Shown: in pieces, positions 19,557-29,467 of the stretch
Layout: each line of letters begins with the position of its first letter
Numbering within the stretch: position 1 is the stretch's first letter
Assembly (NCBI GenBank): GCA_965215195.1
Contig: CBDCDC010000002.1
Span: forward strand, 4,640,001 to 4,704,000
Direction: 5' to 3'
DNA length: 64,000 nucleotides
Source: Candidatus Latescibacterota bacterium
Lineage (GTDB): Bacteria; Latescibacterota; UBA2968; UBA8231
The notes under the pieces: generated by a model
What the model was told of the DNA's origin: nothing
Databases searched by the model: none
Seen by the model: only the letters and a program-made list of their open reading frames with translations
Translations under genes and position numbers: made by a program

Positions 19557-20761
19557 GGCCGCACCACGCTGCCGTCGGCCCGGCGATCCTCGGCCGCGTA
19601 AAAGGCGCACACCTGATCCCCCACCAACAAACTCTTCGCCCTCTCCTCGTCGATGTCGATCCCCAATCCCGGCTGGTCGTTGGGATACATGTACCCCCCT
19701 TCCATGGTCGCGTGTCCGGGAAACGCCTCCAGCTCTTCTGGCCGGAAGCCGTTCTCCTCTTGGATCCCGAAGCTGTAGCTCGCCATGTCTAAGTGCATGG
19801 CCGCCGCTTGGTTGACCGGATCGTTGTCCCCGCCTTCCTGCCAAGCGGTCTGCACCCCGTAGAATTCGCAGAGCGCGGCGATTTTGCGGCAGGGGGTGAT
19901 GCCGCCGCCTTTGGCTACCCGCACGCGGATGTAGTCGATGAGGCGCTCGCTGATCAGGGGCAGGTATTCGTGGACATTGACGAATAGCTCGCCCATGGCC
20001 TGCGGCGTGGTGCATTGCTGGCGCATGAGCCGAAACCAGCCAATCTGCTCCGGCGCGAGCGCGTCTTCGAGAAAGAAAAGCCGGTAGGGCTCCAGCCGCT
20101 TGGCCAGTGCCACCGCGACTTGGGGTTTGAGGTGCTCGTGGACGTCGTGGGTGAGCTTGGGGCCAAATCCGAGGTGCTTGCGGAGGTAGTCGAACATGGC
20201 CGGGATGGCTTCGAGATAGGCTTCGTCGTCAAAGGCCGGTGCCGCCGACCACGGGTTGCGCGGCTTGATCGCGTCTTCCACGAACCCGCCGCCGCCATAG
20301 CCGCCGAGTTGGCAGCGGATCACTGGCCAGCCCTCGTCGATGTAGCGCTGGATGTCATCGACGAGCGCTTCGTGGTCGCTGCCGCCGGCGTGGGCGTAGC
20401 AAGGCACGGCCGCGCGGCAGGCCCCGCCCAGCAATTCGTACACGGGCATCCCGGCCTCTTTGCCCTTGATGTCCCACAAGGCCATGTCGATGCCGCCCAG
20501 CGCGGCGTTGAGGATGGAGCCGCTGCGCCAGTAGCCGCTGGTGTAGAGGCACTGCCAGATGTCTTCGATGCGGCTGGCCTCGCGGCCAATCAGCAGCGGT
20601 CCTAGGCTCTCTTCGAGGGCCGTGGCGACCGTGGCCGCGTGGTTGTGCTCGCTAGCCGAGCCGATGCCGTAGAGACCGGGCTGGTCGGTGATGATTTTGA
20701 CGATGACCCACGTGCCGTTCTGGCGGGTGCGGATGCAGCGGACTTCCTCGATCTTGGCCAT
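19553..20761 (-). CDS. Enolase superfamily D-mannonate dehydratase/RspA-like protein
   Basis: GIDMALWDIKGK.AGMPVYELLGG, HDVHE, FFLED, AMGE, GGITP, PGLGIDIDE. Confidence 0.88.
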   Translation of the reverse strand: MAKIEEVRCIRTRQNGTWVIVKIITDQPGLYGIGSASEHNHAATVATALEESLGPLLIGREASRIEDIWQCLYTSGYWRSGSILNAALGGIDMALWDIKGKEAGMPVYELLGGACRAAVPCYAHAGGSDHEALVDDIQRYIDEGWPVIRCQLGGYGGGGFVEDAIKPRNPWSAAPAFDDEAYLEAIPAMFDYLRKHLGFGPKLTHDVHEHLKPQVAVALAKRLEPYRLFFLEDALAPEQIGWFRLMRQQCTTPQAMGELFVNVHEYLPLISERLIDYIRVRVAKGGGITPCRKIAALCEFYGVQTAWQEGGDNDPVNQAAAMHLDMASYSFGIQEENGFRPEELEAFPGHATMEGGYMYPNDQPGLGIDIDEERAKSLLVGDQVCAFYAAEDRRADGSVVRP

Positions 20762-20830
20762 TGGCCTCCTCCTTGCGTAAGTTTGAGCTTAAAAATAGTA
20801 AGCTCCCCGTCAGCCAAAAAGAGAACGCAG

Positions 20831-22528
20831 ATGAATTTCAACGCCACCAACAGCACGTTTCGCCAACTTATGGGCAATGGGCTGAGTTATCGCGTACCGC
20901 TGTTCCAACGCGACTATTCTTGGGGGGCCGACGAGTGGGATGACCTGTGGCAGGACCTTGTTGCGCTGTTCGGCGAGGATCCAGAACCCGCTCATTACAT
21001 GGGCTATCTAGTACTGCAATCGGCGGACAACAGGGCGTTCGACATCATCGATGGACAGCAGCGCATGACCACGCTGAGTCTGTTGATGCTGGCGGCGGTG
21101 GCGCATCTGACGGACTTGGCCGCGCCGGGTGACTTAGCTGACCCACAACGTCGGCGCGCCGAGCAGTTGCGTCTCACGTACATCGGTTATTTGGACCCCG
21201 TGAGCCTAGTACCGCGCTCCAAGCTGACGTTAAATCGGCACAACGATCGCTTTTACCAGAATTACCTAGTTCCCCTAGAGAGTCTGCCGCAGAGGGGATT
21301 GAACGCATCGGAACATCTCCTGCGCCGGGCGTTTCTCTGGTTCAAGGATTGCATCAAGGAACGATCCGGTGACGATGGTGAGTCGGTGGCGCGCTTTGTC
21401 GATGGCGCGGTGGATAAGCTGTTTTTTACGATCATCAGCGTTACAGACGAATTGAATGCCTTCAAGGTGTTTGAGACCCTGAACGCTCGCGGCGTGCGCT
21501 TGTCCGCTACCGATTTGCTGAAGAATTACCTGTTTTCCGTCGTCTCGCGTGGTAAGGCGCACGAATCGGAGCTCAACACTTTGGAAGACCGCTGGGAGAG
21601 TATCGTCGGGCTGCTGGGCAGTGAGAGCTTTCCCGAGTTCTTGCGGGTCTTCTGGAACAGCCGCAACAGGCTGGTGCGCAAGGCGGACTTGTTCAAAACC
21701 ATGCGCAGCGCCATCAGCGATAGGTCTAGGGTGTTTCGGTTGATCCGCGATATGGACCGGCACGCCCGGGTGTATTCGGCTCTGCGCCGCCCCGAGGACG
21801 GCTCTTGGACAGCAGCGGAGCGCACAAGTCTAGCCCAGTTGCAGATGTTCAACGTGCGTCAGCCATTGGCGTTATTGCTGGCGGCATTTGAGCGATTCGA
21901 GGAACGCGACCGCGCCGGCTTTGGACGCTTTTTGCAGGCTATCGCGGTAGTATCCTTTCGCTACAACGTGATTTGTGGCCGCCAAAGCAACGAGCAGGAG
22001 GTTGTGTATAACCAGATTGCCCGCGAGCTATCGGCAGGCAAAATTGTCAGTGCGAAAGCAGCGATTGCCAAGCTGCGGCCAGTCTATCCCGAGGATGCAG
22101 AATTCAGGGCGGCGTTTGTACAAAAGGCGCTGCGCACAACTAGCCCCCGCAACAACAAAGTCGTGCGCTTTATACTGTTCCGGCTCGAAGCGCAGTTGTC
22201 GGGACAGCGCTTTGAATTTGAGAGCGCGAAATACGGCATTGAGCACGTGTTGCCGGAAAATCCGAGTGCCGACTGGCACCAGTTCGATGACCAACAGCGG
22301 GAGGCTTCTACGTATCGTCTAGGCAACATGACTCTCTTGACGACCGCAGACAATCGCGATGTGGGCAACTCGGGATATGCCGAAAAGCGATTGGCCTACC
22401 AAGAGAGCGGCTTCGCAATAACGCGCAAGCTGGCAGAGGACTTTGATACTTGGACCGTGGAGAAGCTCCGCTCACACCAAATTTGGATGGCAAGGCAAGC
22501 TACGGGCATCTGGCGAGTCAGTTTCTGA
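20831..22528 (+). CDS. GmrSD-type (DUF262 + DUF1524 HNH) modification-dependent restriction endonuclease
   Basis: VPLFQRDYSW, DGQQR, FETLNARG, EHVLP, LGNMTLL..N motifs. Confidence 0.85.
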   Translation: MNFNATNSTFRQLMGNGLSYRVPLFQRDYSWGADEWDDLWQDLVALFGEDPEPAHYMGYLVLQSADNRAFDIIDGQQRMTTLSLLMLAAVAHLTDLAAPGDLADPQRRRAEQLRLTYIGYLDPVSLVPRSKLTLNRHNDRFYQNYLVPLESLPQRGLNASEHLLRRAFLWFKDCIKERSGDDGESVARFVDGAVDKLFFTIISVTDELNAFKVFETLNARGVRLSATDLLKNYLFSVVSRGKAHESELNTLEDRWESIVGLLGSESFPEFLRVFWNSRNRLVRKADLFKTMRSAISDRSRVFRLIRDMDRHARVYSALRRPEDGSWTAAERTSLAQLQMFNVRQPLALLLAAFERFEERDRAGFGRFLQAIAVVSFRYNVICGRQSNEQEVVYNQIARELSAGKIVSAKAAIAKLRPVYPEDAEFRAAFVQKALRTTSPRNNKVVRFILFRLEAQLSGQRFEFESAKYGIEHVLPENPSADWHQFDDQQREASTYRLGNMTLLTTADNRDVGNSGYAEKRLAYQESGFAITRKLAEDFDTWTVEKLRSHQIWMARQATGIWRVSF

Positions 22529-22613
22529 GAGGGCAATGCCGTTCCGTGCTCGTTTGAGCGTAGAGTCCGGTGCCTCCACGTATCTCGCATCCATTATAAA
22601 GGATATAAGCGCA

Positions 22614-24251
22614 ATGTCAGCCTATTTGCATACAATGTCTTTCTCATTAGCGCTTTTGGCCTCCGTGCTCTGGCCAGCCGCTCCAGCCCATGCTTGGGGT
22701 ATTCTACTCAGCCGCGACGGCGTTCCGGTCGAAATGACCGAGGTCAAAGCGTTGTTTCTCGTGGGGGAAGACAGCACGACGGTTCACCTGAAAGCGTATT
22801 TTACCGGAGCGTCACAGGACTTCGTCTGGCTCGTACCTGTACCTTCCACATCGACAGCCGAGCTCAGCCATAACAAGATATTTGAGCGGTTGGATGAAGA
22901 TACACGACCTCGCTACGTTTTGTTACCTGAGGTATCTGCATTTCCCAATGAGACGTGGAGTGATAAAAAAATAAAAGAACGGTTTGGATTCGTCCCGGAC
23001 CTGCCAGAACTCACTTTTGAGAACGAGCGCAATGAAGCGTGTTTCAATCTGGCTTATGAGTGGTTTTTTCCAATTGCTGACTCCTTTGGTTGTGGCGGCT
23101 GCCCTACCGTAATTTTGGCATACGTGGAAGAAAGAGAGATGCGCTCCGCTACCATCATCAAGGCCCAGTCTCCGAGCGAGATTGCAGCTTGAGTGGAATT
23201 GAGCATTGACCTCGAATCACTACGCAATCCCGAAAACCTCGGTGCTTTCATGAGAGACCTTTGGCGTATCGGTAATCCCGGGGGGCAATTAGATCTGAAA
23301 CTTCTACAGTTGCTTAGGCAACATATACCCATACCGGATGCGGTACTCGAAGAGATCAAGCGAGAAGGTATGGACGGAATGGCCCCCCTAGGCGCGATCT
23401 ACAGCGCGACCTACTCGAAGATGGATTGGAGTGCCTGGAGTGCCGCAGAGTTCCACACGTATGCCGAGTCCCAGTTTTACAGCTTTCCCGATCAGTATGA
23501 AGACTTCTACGACAACGAGTGGTTCGATTTTTCGGGGTTTGTCGATGACTGGGTAACTTATATCCACGAGCCCAATACCAAGACGCAACAGGCACTCGTG
23601 GCCCGCCCCTATCTGACGCGACTCGCCACCTTCGTTTTTCCCGACAAAACAGAAATTGATCCCGTTTTCAACTTCAATCCAGACTTGGGTCAGGTCAACC
23701 ATCTCTACAATTTGGGTCGTCTGGGCTTTGAGTGCCGCGGAGGTGAGGATGGAGGATACGATATTTCGGATCTCATAGCTGTGGTCGGCTTGGAAGGTGG
23801 CCATATACTCCGCTACGGATTTAGTTGGGACGGAATCAATCGCTACGAAGATTCTGAAATTCCACCTGCCGCCGCGCACCGCATCGAGCAACTGAGCACG
23901 TCAGGACCGCCCGTGGTGCTATTCCGTGAGACGGCGGTTTTAGATGCTGGTGAACAGCCTGTCGCGGCCCGCTTGACGCTCTCTGCCAACCGTCCCAATC
24001 CGTTCAATTCCAGTACAAGTGTCTCTTATACCATTCCCGCAGGCACAATGCGGGTTGCCCTGCGAGTCTATAACGTTCTCGGACAATCCGTGCGTACGCT
24101 CGTGGAGCAGAGCACCCCCACGGCCAGTTTCCACACTATTAGCTGGGACGGCCAAACGGATGCAGGAACTCCCGTCACCAGTGGCATCTACCTGTTGGCA
24201 TTACAGGCAGATGACAAGTTGCTGACGCGCAAAATTATGCTCATACGATAG
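22614..24251 (+). pseudogene. DUF2330-like secreted protein with FlgD/T9SS-like CTD, split by in-frame TGA (23190-23192)
   Basis: Signal peptide, FVWLVPVP and F..LD..TRP (DUF2330 N-terminus); same frame continues after TGA to YLTRL..DPVF.FNP and NRPNPFN CTD. Confidence 0.6.
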
Positions 24252-24308
24252 CCAACACCCTAAGCCCATTGCGATGGGCGAAAAACCGCTTTTACCGAAA
24301 GGATACTC

Positions 24309-25073
24309 ATGCGCGCCTTCCAACCCTACGCTTCTTTGGAACACTACATGGGCCGCCGCCTCTTGGCGCTGCTGGCCGCGCTGGCCTTAATCGACATTGC
24401 TATTTTGCTGAGCGCGTCGCTGAGTACCGCCTTGCTGAGCACGGCGTCTGGGGCCGACGTGGTCCGCGCCCGCGCCCTTGAAATCCTCAACGACGCGGGT
24501 CAACCCGTGCTCGTAGCTACGGCCGACGAGCGCCAAAACGGCGCTTTGTGGGTGGGGGCCGGCAAGGGCCAAGGTGGGATTAGCCTCAGTGCCGACGCGG
24601 CCGGCCACGGCTTGCTCGTGGTCAACACAGCGTCCGGCGAGCCGCTGGTCTCAATTGTCAGCAGCGACCAAGAGGGGGGCGCATTGCAGGTGTACAGCGC
24701 GGCCGGCGCACAGTTGGCATACTTGGGCGCGAGCGAGACCGGCAGCGGTCACTTGGCCCTGCAAAGCGCGGCCGGCGGCTTGCTCGTGGCCGTGGGCGAA
24801 GACGAGGGCAGCGGCTTGCTCATGGCCAACAATGCCGCGGGCGTCAACATCTTCCTCGCCAGTGCCGATTCGTCGCAAAACGGCGGCCTGTTGCTCAACA
24901 GCCGCACCGGCGACAACCTGATCTACGCGGGTGCAGGTGCCGGCGGCAACGGCGGCTTGCACGTCAACGCCGCGAATGGAACTCACCTCGTCTTCTTGGG
25001 GGCCGATGGGCAGCGCAACGGCGTGGTGGGGATTTGGGACCGCAACGGCGCCGGCCGAGTTTTGCAGAAGTAG
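24309..25073 (+). CDS. Membrane-anchored protein with ~23-aa Gly-rich beta repeats
   Basis: AAGGA RBS, N-terminal TM, about 8 G.L...N..G..L..L repeats. Confidence 0.65.
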   Translation: MRAFQPYASLEHYMGRRLLALLAALALIDIAILLSASLSTALLSTASGADVVRARALEILNDAGQPVLVATADERQNGALWVGAGKGQGGISLSADAAGHGLLVVNTASGEPLVSIVSSDQEGGALQVYSAAGAQLAYLGASETGSGHLALQSAAGGLLVAVGEDEGSGLLMANNAAGVNIFLASADSSQNGGLLLNSRTGDNLIYAGAGAGGNGGLHVNAANGTHLVFLGADGQRNGVVGIWDRNGAGRVLQK

Positions 25074-25210
25074 CGTTTGCAGGCACCGCGTTACGCACCT
25101 TCTGCCTTCGCGAGGCGTATAGGGCGCGAGGGCGCTGGGCTAGGCGCGGTGAAACCCGCTGACACCGGGCGCGGCCTGAACAAGGCTGCGCAACATCCGA
25201 TGAGCCGCAA

Positions 25211-27556
25211 ATGGACGCAGATGGACGCAGAGTAGAAACGAGGCGATTCGCATCTATATGTGCGGTTGTCTGCGCCGTTTTCAGTGTGCCTCCGGCGAGT
25301 GCCGACGAGCTCCGCTTTGCCACCCGCCGCGACTGGCAGGCTTGGCCGCTGCCCGGCACGGTTGAGCTGACCCCACAAGGTGCCCTCAAGCCCGTCGCGG
25401 TCCGCCGCGACATCAATGCCGCCCGCAATGCCGCGGCCTTTGGCGGCGGCATTCGCCGCGTTGGTTCCAACCCACGCGCCGCGCCGCTGGTCGTGGATGG
25501 CGATCTTTCCACCGGCTGGCACCCCCATATAGACGATCCCCCTGCAAGCTGGACCATTGAGGTCGATTTGGGCCGCGGCGTCTCCGCCCGCCGCGTCAAG
25601 CTGATTTTCGATCCCCAAGGCCCGGCGCCGCCGCTTTTCGACCTGCTGCTCTCCACCGGCGAACACGCCGTCGACGAGGTCGATAACCCCATCGCCGAGA
25701 CCGTTATCTATCGCCAGCGCGAGCGATTCAAGGAGAACACTCGCCACGAGATCACCTATGAACTCGGCCAGTCCTTCCACACGCCAATCCAGTACGTGCG
25801 CTTGGATCTGCTCGCCCTCGAACCGAACACTCGTCTCCTCGAAGTCGAGGTCGAAGCGCTGGGCGACAACCTAGCCTTGGGGATGCTCGCCCGCGGCGGA
25901 AACCTCGAAGTCGTGCTCGATGCGTTCGTCGCTCAAGACCTCATTCCGCTGGGCAACGCCCAAGTGCTCATTGACGGCGACCTCTCCACCCGCTGGTTCG
26001 TGCGGCGCACCATTCAAGCCGAGCGCGACGTGTTTTCGCACATCGTCCTCGACTTGGGTGCCACGTACTTTGTCGATAAGCTCAAAATCGTCGGCGGCGT
26101 AGTTGCCCGGCCCGGCGGTGGCATCACCGCTGGCAGCGGCCGGGTCATCGACTTTTTCATCACCCGGCGCTCCTTTGGGTTCAATTTCTACGAGGTGCTC
26201 GGTTCCGATGGCTCGGTGGCACCCGATGGCACCTTGATTTGGCAGAAGTACTATTCCGGCACCGCCAGCCAACACGTCAAAGAAGTAACCGGCGCGGCCA
26301 GCCACGAGTTCGGGCTAGTGCCTACCCGCTTTATTCGGGTGTTGTGGAAGAGCTGGGACGCGAGCAATCGCTGGGCCTTCCGGGGCTTTGCCGAAGAGCT
26401 TCAGGTGTTCGGCGCGGGCTTCCCGCAGAACCTCGAATTTCGCTCGCACCTCATGGACTTCCAAAGACCCAAAAGCCTCAACGCCGTATCTTGGGAAGCC
26501 GACATTCCATTAGGCACCCGGCTGGAACTACGCAGCCGCTCCGGCAACGAGGTCGAAAATTTACTCACCTACTACGACAAGAACGGCAAGCAAGTCACCA
26601 AGAGGCGCTACGACAAGCTGATCCCCAGCTTCAAAGGGCCTATCGACACCTCCCGGGTCATTGGCGGCGACTGGAGCGCGTGGAGCAAGCTCTACGCTTT
26701 CTCCGGCCAGGAGTTCCAGTCGCCCTCGCCGCGGCGCTACGCTCAGCTTCAGATGCGGATGGTCACCGCAGATCCAGCGGTGGCAGCCCAACTTGACGCG
26801 CTCAGCATTGCCTTCAGCGATCCGCTATCCCAGCGCGCGCTCAGCGAAATTTTTCCGACTCAGGTCTTGCCGGGTGAGGAAACCGAGTTCCGCTTCTTCC
26901 TACGACCGCGCGCGACGAGAGCATCCGGGTTCGACCGCCTCGTCTTGGAGACGCCGACGCCGGTGCGCTTTATTCGCGCCTTGGTCAACGACGCCCCCTT
27001 AGCGGTCGCAGACCAGCCGGTCGAAGCAGGCTTTGCGGTGACTTTCTCCGAGCCGTTGCGCGACGACGATCTCGTCGAGTTGCGCTTTGCCGCCCGGGTC
27101 TTCCAGCAGTCCACTCCCTTCGTCCTTTTCATTCAAGACGCTCGCACTGAGGACGGCAGCCGCCAGCGCGTCGATCCCGGGGACGCTACCGAGCAAGTCG
27201 CCAGCAGCACCAACGTCGTCGGCCTTCCCGTTGCCCGCGATCTCCTGCTCAACGTCGTCTTCGACACGGCGGTGCTAACGCCCAACGGCGACGGCATAAA
27301 CGACGCGCTCGCCATCCGCGCCGACGTGATCAACATCCTCGAGCCGCGCCCTTGGCACCTGCGGCTCTACGACTTGGCCGGCCACGCGCTCGTCGAGCGC
27401 TCCCAAGCCGTCACGGCGGGTGCCCAGCACTTCACTTGGGACGGCCGCGACCAAGCAGGGCAACGGGTGCCGCCCGGCCTCTACCTGCTCGAACTCCACC
27501 TCGACGGAGACGCCCACCAGCAGCGCGTCCGGCGCGTGGTCTCCGTGGTCTATTGA
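25211..27556 (+). CDS. Large secreted protein with discoidin-like domains and FlgD/CHU_C-like CTD
   Basis: VDGDLSTGW, IDGDLSTRW, LDLG motifs; LTPNGDGIND and WDGRDQAG..VPPGLYL CTD; start uncertain. Confidence 0.75.
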   Translation: MDADGRRVETRRFASICAVVCAVFSVPPASADELRFATRRDWQAWPLPGTVELTPQGALKPVAVRRDINAARNAAAFGGGIRRVGSNPRAAPLVVDGDLSTGWHPHIDDPPASWTIEVDLGRGVSARRVKLIFDPQGPAPPLFDLLLSTGEHAVDEVDNPIAETVIYRQRERFKENTRHEITYELGQSFHTPIQYVRLDLLALEPNTRLLEVEVEALGDNLALGMLARGGNLEVVLDAFVAQDLIPLGNAQVLIDGDLSTRWFVRRTIQAERDVFSHIVLDLGATYFVDKLKIVGGVVARPGGGITAGSGRVIDFFITRRSFGFNFYEVLGSDGSVAPDGTLIWQKYYSGTASQHVKEVTGAASHEFGLVPTRFIRVLWKSWDASNRWAFRGFAEELQVFGAGFPQNLEFRSHLMDFQRPKSLNAVSWEADIPLGTRLELRSRSGNEVENLLTYYDKNGKQVTKRRYDKLIPSFKGPIDTSRVIGGDWSAWSKLYAFSGQEFQSPSPRRYAQLQMRMVTADPAVAAQLDALSIAFSDPLSQRALSEIFPTQVLPGEETEFRFFLRPRATRASGFDRLVLETPTPVRFIRALVNDAPLAVADQPVEAGFAVTFSEPLRDDDLVELRFAARVFQQSTPFVLFIQDARTEDGSRQRVDPGDATEQVASSTNVVGLPVARDLLLNVVFDTAVLTPNGDGINDALAIRADVINILEPRPWHLRLYDLAGHALVERSQAVTAGAQHFTWDGRDQAGQRVPPGLYLLELHLDGDAHQQRVRRVVSVVY

Positions 27557-27646
27557 AGCTCTATTCTGGCGCACTAATTGACCTACTACCTTGCTCTACT
27601 CGGATTCGACCGAGTATATTCACGCCCTAAAGGAGAGACCAACGAC

Positions 27647-28678
27647 GTGATCGATTCTATAGACCTCTTCGAGAGCGGGACCCAAGGCTACCACACCTTC
27701 CGCATCCCGTCCCTAATTACCACGCCAACGGGCACGGTGCTCGCCTTTTGCGAGGGCCGCAAAAACGCTCGCGGCGACACTGGCGACATCGACATGCTGC
27801 TGCGGCGCAGCGACGACGGTGGCCAGACGTTTGCTCCCTTTGAGCTAGTGTGGGACGACGGCCCGAACACCTGCGGCAATCCCTGCCCGGTCGTTGATGT
27901 CCGCACCGGGGCGATTTCCCTCCTGATGACCCACAACCTCGGCCGCGACCACGAGCCCGAGATCATCGACCAAACGAGCGAGGGCACTCGCACGGTGTGG
28001 CTGACGCGCAGCGAGGACGACGGACGCACGTGGTCTCCGCCGGTGGAGACCACGGCCGACGCTAAGCAACCTAACTGGACTTGGTACGCCACCGGCCCAG
28101 GCGCTGGCATCCAGTTAGCCACCGGCCGGCTCGTCGTCCCCTGCGACCACATCGAAGCGGGCAGCAAGAAATACTACTCGCACGTTTTGCTCAGCGACGA
28201 CGGCGGCCAAAGCTGGCGGCTCGGCGGCTCAACCCCGCAAGACCAAGTCAACGAGTGCGAAGTGGTTGAGTTGCAGGATGGCCGCCTGCTGCTCAATATG
28301 CGCAACTACGACCCAAGCATCCGCGCCCGCGCCGTTTCCTTTAGCACCGATGGGGGTCAGAGCTGGTCGTCCATAGCGCGCGATCCGGTTCTCGTCGAGC
28401 CAATCTGCCAAGCCAGCATCCGCCGGGTCGGCACCAGCCTGCTCTTTTCCAACCCGGCCAGCCCCGAGACCCGCCAGAACATGACCGTGCGGCGCAGCGA
28501 CGACGATGGCCAAACTTGGGTCTGCGCCCGCGTCTTGCACCCCGGCCCGGCCGCGTACTCCTGTCTGGCTGCTCTGCCCGACGGGCGCGCCGCCTGTCTC
28601 TATGAATGCGGCACTGAGCAGCCCTACGAGCGCCTGACCTTGGCTCGCTTCTCTCTAAACTGGATACGCGACGCATGA
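27647..28678 (+). CDS. Exo-alpha-sialidase (GH33)
   Basis: FRIP motif, multiple Asp boxes (SDDGGQTF, SEDDGRTW, SDDGGQSW, STDGGQSW, SDDDGQTW), NEC, AYS. Confidence 0.9.
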   Translation: MIDSIDLFESGTQGYHTFRIPSLITTPTGTVLAFCEGRKNARGDTGDIDMLLRRSDDGGQTFAPFELVWDDGPNTCGNPCPVVDVRTGAISLLMTHNLGRDHEPEIIDQTSEGTRTVWLTRSEDDGRTWSPPVETTADAKQPNWTWYATGPGAGIQLATGRLVVPCDHIEAGSKKYYSHVLLSDDGGQSWRLGGSTPQDQVNECEVVELQDGRLLLNMRNYDPSIRARAVSFSTDGGQSWSSIARDPVLVEPICQASIRRVGTSLLFSNPASPETRQNMTVRRSDDDGQTWVCARVLHPGPAAYSCLAALPDGRAACLYECGTEQPYERLTLARFSLNWIRDA

Positions 28679-28702
28679 GAATTACTGACGTCCGCACTCT
28701 CT
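28647..28702 (+). repeat. Direct repeat 3a (sialidase-end/enolase-start junction; partner 29412-29467)
   Basis: 45/56 match; contains stub ORF MRITDVRTL* (28675-28704). Confidence 0.8.
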
Positions 28703-28725
28703 AAAATTCATTCTGACCGGAGTTT

Positions 28726-28977
28726 TTGATGATCAAAGTCAACATTGCTGAGGCCAAAACGCATTTTTCGCACTATCTCGATAGCGTTGAGCAGGGCGAG
28801 ACCGTAGTCGTCTGTCGGCACAATGTGCCGATAGCAGAGATCCGTCCGGTGCCCCAACCGCTAGCGAAACTGCGCCCGGTAGGCATTGATCGCGGGATGA
28901 CCCTTCCCCCTAGTTTCTTTGAGCCACTCCCGGATGACTTACTCAACGCCTTTGGGGGCAACAACGAGGCGACGTGA
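28726..28977 (+). CDS. Phd/YefM family antitoxin
   Basis: VNIAEAKTHFS...GETVVVCRHNVPIAEI; overlaps the PIN toxin gene. Confidence 0.9.
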   Translation: MMIKVNIAEAKTHFSHYLDSVEQGETVVVCRHNVPIAEIRPVPQPLAKLRPVGIDRGMTLPPSFFEPLPDDLLNAFGGNNEAT

Positions 28978-29360
28978 AGCTCTTGCTCGACACCTGTACC
29001 TTCCTCTGGCTGGCGGCCGACGCCCCGCAGTTGACCCCCGCAGCGCGCACGAACTGCCGCAGCCCGGAAAACGATGTGTACCTTAGTGCTCTTTCAGCTT
29101 GGGAGATTGCCATCAAGTACCGGTTAGGTCGCTTGCCGTTGCCAGAGCCGCCGACTCGCTACGTGGTCAGCCGCCGAAGCTGGCTACAGCTCGAGCCACT
29201 CCCCTTCAACGAGGCATGCGCCGCGCATGACGCACTCTTGCCACCGCATCATTCCGACCCGTTCGATCGGGGTCTCGTCTCGCAGGCGGTCTTGAACGAC
29301 ATGGCACTTGTAACGCCCGACGAGGATATCGCTCGCTACCCGGTATCGGTTCTCTGGTAG
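28974..29360 (+). CDS. vapC: PIN-domain VapC toxin
   Basis: LLLDTCTFLW, SAWEIAIK, HSDPFDR, LVTPD motifs. Confidence 0.9.
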   Translation: MKLLLDTCTFLWLAADAPQLTPAARTNCRSPENDVYLSALSAWEIAIKYRLGRLPLPEPPTRYVVSRRSWLQLEPLPFNEACAAHDALLPPHHSDPFDRGLVSQAVLNDMALVTPDEDIARYPVSVLW

Positions 29361-29411
29361 TAGTGCAAAGAATCCACGATTCCCCTTGCTCTAGACGACG
29401 ACAGCGTCTGG

Positions 29412-29467
29412 GCTTTCCCCTAAACAGGCGACGCGACGCATGAAAATCACCGACCTCCGCACCCTCT
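29412..29467 (+). repeat. Direct repeat 3b
   Basis: Degenerate sialidase 3' end plus functional enolase start. Confidence 0.8.

Noticed and set aside
25085-25195. GC-rich hairpins upstream of 25211 as a riboswitch/ncRNA
   Set aside because: No recognisable consensus; needs an Rfam/Infernal search
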